DNA of 64,000 nucleotides from a virus: IMG/VR virus record IMGVR_UViG_3300013137_000015, positions 1 to 64,000 of that record; one strand, 5' to 3'. Shown piece by piece: positions 59,728 to 64,000 of this stretch (position 1 is its first letter; each line of letters starts with the position of its first letter). The notes under the pieces were generated by a model. It saw only the letters and a program-made list of their open reading frames with translations, ran no database searches and was not told where the DNA came from. The position numbers and the translations under genes were made by a program.

Positions 59728-61104
59728 ATGAAAAATTTATTTGATTACAAAGATTTCATAAATGAAACAAAGAAAGCTGCAACTTCGTTGACAGTATTTA
59801 AAAAAGATGTTGATAACATCATAAGTGATATGTTTCTCCAAGCAAAGAAACAAAAATATGAATATGATTCTGATGGTTTTCCAATTTCAGTAGAATTTGA
59901 AGTTGTTTACAATGACTGGTTTTGCAAATATGATGATGACCTTAAAAGTGATTTTACAGAAGGCGTTTTAAAGAAAAGAGAATATGAACCAGTTCTTAGT
60001 TATTCATCAAAGAATCAAGATGGAAATGGTAAAGATGAAAATACTTATACTCTTAAATTCAAAATTAAGAAAATAAAAGTTGATAAAGAAGCTTTAGAAA
60101 AAGGTGAAGAAAAGAAAAGAAGTGAACAATTAGAAAGAGATTCTGATGATCAACTTTTGAAGAAATTAAAATCAAAGAAAACATCTGACCTTAATAAAGA
60201 AAAAATTATGGACATCTTAAAAGATAGAGGTGTTGATTTTAAAGATCCATTTGATGAAGAAGATAAAGAAGAAATGTCAGATGAAGAAATGGAAAAAGCA
60301 GCAGAAAGATCTGCAAAAGCTAAAGAGAAAAAATCAAAAAAGAATGAGGCTTATTCATTAAACGAAAGTCATATGAATAATATTTATTTGATTGCTCGAG
60401 AGGCATTAACTTTTGAAGATTTTAAATTAGAAATGACAAAACAATATCCAGATATATTTCGTGGATCTATTGAACAACAAGAAGAAATGGATAATTATTT
60501 AGGCGAACTTTATGATAATGCTAAAAAAGACATCGCAGTACAAGAAAAGAAAGAAGAAAAAGAAGAAAAATGTGGTTGTGGTAAAAACAAAAAAGGCGAA
60601 TGTGAATGTGAAAAAAGTAAAGAAAAATGTGGATGCGAAGAAGGTAAATGTAAATGTAATGAAGGTCTTATTGGCAAAATAGCAAAAGTTTTAAGCAAAG
60701 CAGAATATAATAAAACTTTAAAACATTGTATATTTGCTTGTGATGGCGAATGCACAAAAGAAAAAGTTAAAGATGCTATGAAAGGTATGATTTTTTCAAA
60801 AATTACTAAAAAATCATTAGATGAAGATTCAATACTTATGAATTCTTTAGTTGATGAAATTTATAAAGATTGTAAAAAAGAATTAGATAAAAAAGAATCA
60901 TTTGGTTCAAAAGAATGGCAAGAAAAATATGGCGTTTCTCTTAAAGAAGAAAAAGAAGAATCTTGTTTAAAATGTCTTGTTAATGAAGCTCTTAAAATCA
61001 AAAAAATTGATGAAATGGAATCATTAAACGATGCTTTCAATAAAGTTTATGAAGAAAATAAGATTATTGAAAATTTAGATACAATTAAAAAGTTTAAAGA
61101 ATAA
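59728..61104 (+). CDS. Leader + highly charged segmented protein (prohead core/scaffold-like) with a Cys-rich tract
   Basis: MKNLFDYKDFINE; K/E-rich; KCGCGK..CECEK..CGCEEGKCKCNE. Confidence 0.6.
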   Translation: MKNLFDYKDFINETKKAATSLTVFKKDVDNIISDMFLQAKKQKYEYDSDGFPISVEFEVVYNDWFCKYDDDLKSDFTEGVLKKREYEPVLSYSSKNQDGNGKDENTYTLKFKIKKIKVDKEALEKGEEKKRSEQLERDSDDQLLKKLKSKKTSDLNKEKIMDILKDRGVDFKDPFDEEDKEEMSDEEMEKAAERSAKAKEKKSKKNEAYSLNESHMNNIYLIAREALTFEDFKLEMTKQYPDIFRGSIEQQEEMDNYLGELYDNAKKDIAVQEKKEEKEEKCGCGKNKKGECECEKSKEKCGCEEGKCKCNEGLIGKIAKVLSKAEYNKTLKHCIFACDGECTKEKVKDAMKGMIFSKITKKSLDEDSILMNSLVDEIYKDCKKELDKKESFGSKEWQEKYGVSLKEEKEESCLKCLVNEALKIKKIDEMESLNDAFNKVYEENKIIENLDTIKKFKE

Positions 61105-61142
61105 ATTATGAAATTCTATAAAAACACACAAGATTATAAAAT

Positions 61143-61170
61143 AAAAAAGACCTCAAATGAGGTCTTTTTT
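61143..61170. terminator. Bidirectional terminator
   Basis: AAAAAAGACCTCA-AA-TGAGGTCTTTTTT. Confidence 0.75.
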
Positions 61171-61490
61171 TATTCAATACTATCCATAAAATTTTTATAC
61201 GAATTCATTCGGAATTTCTCATTTTCAATATCAAAGAATATTGTTTGTGCATTAACTTCTTTCATATCCACAAAATAAGCTACAGATTTTCCATCTTTCT
61301 TAATAGTTTCAACATCACCTGGAGATTCCATAACAAATGATAATTTTTGCATTATTCCTTCCGCATCAGAAGGTTTTGAATATGTACTTATAATATCAAT
61401 CAATTCTTCTGAGTATTCGTTATAATATTTTACAATTAACTCATTTAATTTGTTATTATTGTAGGCTTCGTATTGTCTTATATATTTCAT
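61170..61490 (-). CDS. Leader-bearing hypothetical protein
   Basis: MKYIRQYE. Confidence 0.65.
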   Translation of the reverse strand: MKYIRQYEAYNNNKLNELIVKYYNEYSEELIDIISTYSKPSDAEGIMQKLSFVMESPGDVETIKKDGKSVAYFVDMKEVNAQTIFFDIENEKFRMNSYKNFMDSIE

Positions 61491-62398
61491 AATCTGTTAT
61501 TCTTTTGTCTTATTTTTTTACCTGTTTTCTTTTCTAATTTTTGAATGAATTTGAATGATAATCTATCATTTATAAACAAACATGGGCTATCTGTCCAACA
61601 TTCGTTATAACTATTAATTGATATTTTATCTATATGTTGCTTCCAATTTCCTTGAACTGATTCATTATATATTTCTTGCCAACTTAACAATCTAAAATTG
61701 TTCAATGTTGGTGACATCATCATTCTTATTTTTTTGAAAAGTTTACCATTTTCTAAAATTTTAGATAATAATTCATATTGTCTATTATTATTTGGTATTT
61801 CTATATAATCATCTAATGATTTTATTTCATTTTTAAATATTTTAAAATTCTTATCATTTAGTTCTTCTTTAGTTTGGTCTTTGTATATATTTGCAAGAAT
61901 ATTAAAAAAATTATCAATATCATATGAAAATCCTAAATATTCACTTGTTCCCTTTTTGAAAGCTTGAAAAATATCAGATGCTGGTGCTATTCCCCACATC
62001 GAACCGTCAATAGGTATAACAATATATTCTTCATCACCAATTTGTTTTTTACCAAGTGAACAAATAAAAGATTTTGTTCTTTTTGGAAATAATTTCCATT
62101 CTGGAAGATTATCTAACATTAATGTATAATGATTTGAATTGTCTCTTGACCATCTTTTAACAGGTTTACTATAATAAATATCTAATAATTTATTGTTATC
62201 ATCACCATCATTTGATGTCATTGTTATACCTCTCACCATTCTAAAAGGATGATTAATAAAATCTTGACAATTCTTTATTGCGAAATTAACAGCTTTATCA
62301 ATTTTCATTTCTTCAGCCGCTTTTAGAAAACGATTAACTGTTTTCTTTTCTCTCTTTCTCCAAATGCTTGTGTCTTCAAATTGTTGTAAATATTTCAT
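61487..62398 (-). CDS. Leader-bearing paralog (PKRxKSFICS family)
   Basis: SRDNSNHYTLMLDN..FPKRTKSFICS..VIPIDGSMWG. Confidence 0.75.
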   Translation of the reverse strand: MKYLQQFEDTSIWRKREKKTVNRFLKAAEEMKIDKAVNFAIKNCQDFINHPFRMVRGITMTSNDGDDNNKLLDIYYSKPVKRWSRDNSNHYTLMLDNLPEWKLFPKRTKSFICSLGKKQIGDEEYIVIPIDGSMWGIAPASDIFQAFKKGTSEYLGFSYDIDNFFNILANIYKDQTKEELNDKNFKIFKNEIKSLDDYIEIPNNNRQYELLSKILENGKLFKKIRMMMSPTLNNFRLLSWQEIYNESVQGNWKQHIDKISINSYNECWTDSPCLFINDRLSFKFIQKLEKKTGKKIRQKNNRL

Positions 62399-63294
62399 TA
62401 TATTAATTCATTCATTTTTCCATTTGATTTAAGCTTTTCTAACAATGGTATTTTTTGCATAGTATTATGTTGTCCTTGTATAAATAAACAAGTTGATTCT
62501 GACCATATTTCATTTCTTGTATTATGAATTCCATATTTTCCTCTTTGATATAACTGTTGTAAATTTAATAATTTAAATCTGTTAATTTCTGGTGAAAATA
62601 TATGTAATAATTTTTTCCAAGCATTTTTTGACATAAAATTGATAAAATCTTCTTCATAATCTATATCATCTTCTCCTATATATTTAACCTCAACACCGTG
62701 TCTATTATTTTTAAATTCTTTCAACTTTTTTTCTATCTCATCTATACCCTTATGCAAATCTTCATAATTTGTTTGGCTCAATTCTACATTAAATTTTTTA
62801 GAAATATCAAGTATTCTATCAACAAAATTATCAGCTGCTTCTGTCATCCAACCAGCGGCATCCATACCATTAATAAATGAATCATATATATCTACTTCAT
62901 TACAAACGCCCCAAATAGAATTATCATTTGGTATAACAACAAATGCGTTACCATTCATATTAGAATATAACAAAGAACAAATAAAAGATTTACTTCTCTT
63001 TGGATAATCTTTCCATTCTGGTGCATTATCCATAATTAAAGTATAATAATTTTCACAATCTCTTGAAATTCTATCTACTGGTTTAGAATAAAAACAATTT
63101 TCAGTTGTTTGAATTCTTCTTCCTATTTTTACTGGATATTCTAACCATTCATTACAATTTTTTATAACATAATCAAAAGCTTCATCTTCGGTTAATTTGA
63201 CCATTGATTTTACGAACCTATTTTTTACATCTAAAGTATTAGGGATTCTTTTTTCATCATATACAAAATATTCATATTTATTTAGATATTTCAT
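62398..63294 (-). CDS. Leader-bearing paralog (PKRxKSFICS family)
   Basis: SRDCENYYTLIMDN..YPKRSKSFICS..VIPNDNSIWG. Confidence 0.75.
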   Translation of the reverse strand: MKYLNKYEYFVYDEKRIPNTLDVKNRFVKSMVKLTEDEAFDYVIKNCNEWLEYPVKIGRRIQTTENCFYSKPVDRISRDCENYYTLIMDNAPEWKDYPKRSKSFICSLLYSNMNGNAFVVIPNDNSIWGVCNEVDIYDSFINGMDAAGWMTEAADNFVDRILDISKKFNVELSQTNYEDLHKGIDEIEKKLKEFKNNRHGVEVKYIGEDDIDYEEDFINFMSKNAWKKLLHIFSPEINRFKLLNLQQLYQRGKYGIHNTRNEIWSESTCLFIQGQHNTMQKIPLLEKLKSNGKMNELI

Positions 63295-64000
63295 AAACTT
63301 TCAAATGATATATTTTTATTTATATATTTAGATAAATTATTAATAAAATTTTTAAAATTTTCACCACGATTTCCATATTTTATAAATACACATGGCGAAT
63401 CAGTCCATAGTTCTTTATAATTATCAAATTGATTTTCATCATATTTTATTTCTGTATATTTTTTATGAGTGAATTTGTTCAAATCTGGTTTCATTGCATA
63501 ATCTATTTTATATGGTAATGCTTCTGAACCATTAGTTGTAAAAAAATTATGTACCTGATATAGATTGACATCCTCTACTGAAAGTTTTATGTATTTTTGA
63601 GTAAATAGTTCTTGTGATAATTTATTAATATCTGATAACATTCCTGTGTAAGAATCATCACTTATGCCGTCTAAATCTAATTTAAGTGATAGTCTATTCA
63701 ATTGTTCAAAAAAATTATCTGGACCAGTACCAAGTGTTTCCCAGAAACATTCATAAATATCATCTTCTGGCGCAATACCCCAATTAGAACCATCTATTGG
63801 TATTACCACATAATAAAATGGTCCCAACACTTCATGTTCATCACCGATACTACATATGAAGGATTTACCTCTCTTTGGATATTCTTTCCAATTATTTGAA
63901 TTATCAATCATTAGTGTGTACCAATTTGGATTATCTCTTGATGTTCTTTGTATTGGTTCACTTCTAAAAAAATCAACTTTTGCATTACATTCTCTGTATA
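63291..64000 (-). CDS. Third paralog; 5' end lies outside the window
   Basis: The frame stays open upstream of the track start: YRECNAK..RTSRDNPNWYTLMIDN..YPKRGKSFICS. Confidence 0.75.
   Translation of the reverse strand, partial: YRECNAKVDFFRSEPIQRTSRDNPNWYTLMIDNSNNWKEYPKRGKSFICSIGDEHEVLGPFYYVVIPIDGSNWGIAPEDDIYECFWETLGTGPDNFFEQLNRLSLKLDLDGISDDSYTGMLSDINKLSQELFTQKYIKLSVEDVNLYQVHNFFTTNGSEALPYKIDYAMKPDLNKFTHKKYTEIKYDENQFDNYKELWTDSPCVFIKYGNRGENFKNFINNLSKYINKNISFESL

Noticed and set aside
60570-60660. Metallothionein gene
   Set aside because: The Cys tract is a short part of a 458-aa charged protein, and nothing beyond composition supports the call
1-64000. Stop-codon reassignment as seen in some large Bacteroidota phages
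   Set aside because: Long conserved genes are intact under the standard code and coding density is high
1-64000. tRNA, rRNA or CRISPR array
   Set aside because: No cloverleaf with a T-loop and no regularly spaced direct repeats seen by eye; tRNAscan-SE and a CRISPR finder would be needed to exclude them

Overview
This is a very AT-rich, standard-code segment of a large contractile-tailed (jumbo myovirus-like) phage. The host is probably Bacteroidota, based on repeated TATCTTTG '-7' promoter boxes. Structural genes include the tail sheath, tail tube, a gp26/gp51-like baseplate pair and several giant virion proteins. Other genes include a ClpC-like ATPase, an ECF sigma factor, thymidine kinase, DeoC, a RuvC-like nuclease, NUDIX and HAD enzymes, nucleotidyltransferases, methyltransferases and several homing endonucleases or their remnants. 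Four things stand out. (1) The clp gene is fractured inside its Walker A motif by an atypically split intein (26-aa IntN, 137-aa IntC) with a free-standing endonuclease between the halves. (2) About 23 unrelated ORFs share a roughly 10-aa N-terminal leader resembling the T4 capsid-targeting sequence; their cargoes include an ART-like protein, an NTase, a HAD phosphatase, NUDIX, DeoC, an NDT-like enzyme, an MTase, an AAA ATPase and a BRCT protein. (3) An adjacent NTase/HAD pair shares one carrier domain. (4) A candidate +1 frameshift joins the gp26- and gp51-like ORFs. All calls come from motif reading by eye; no database searches were run.
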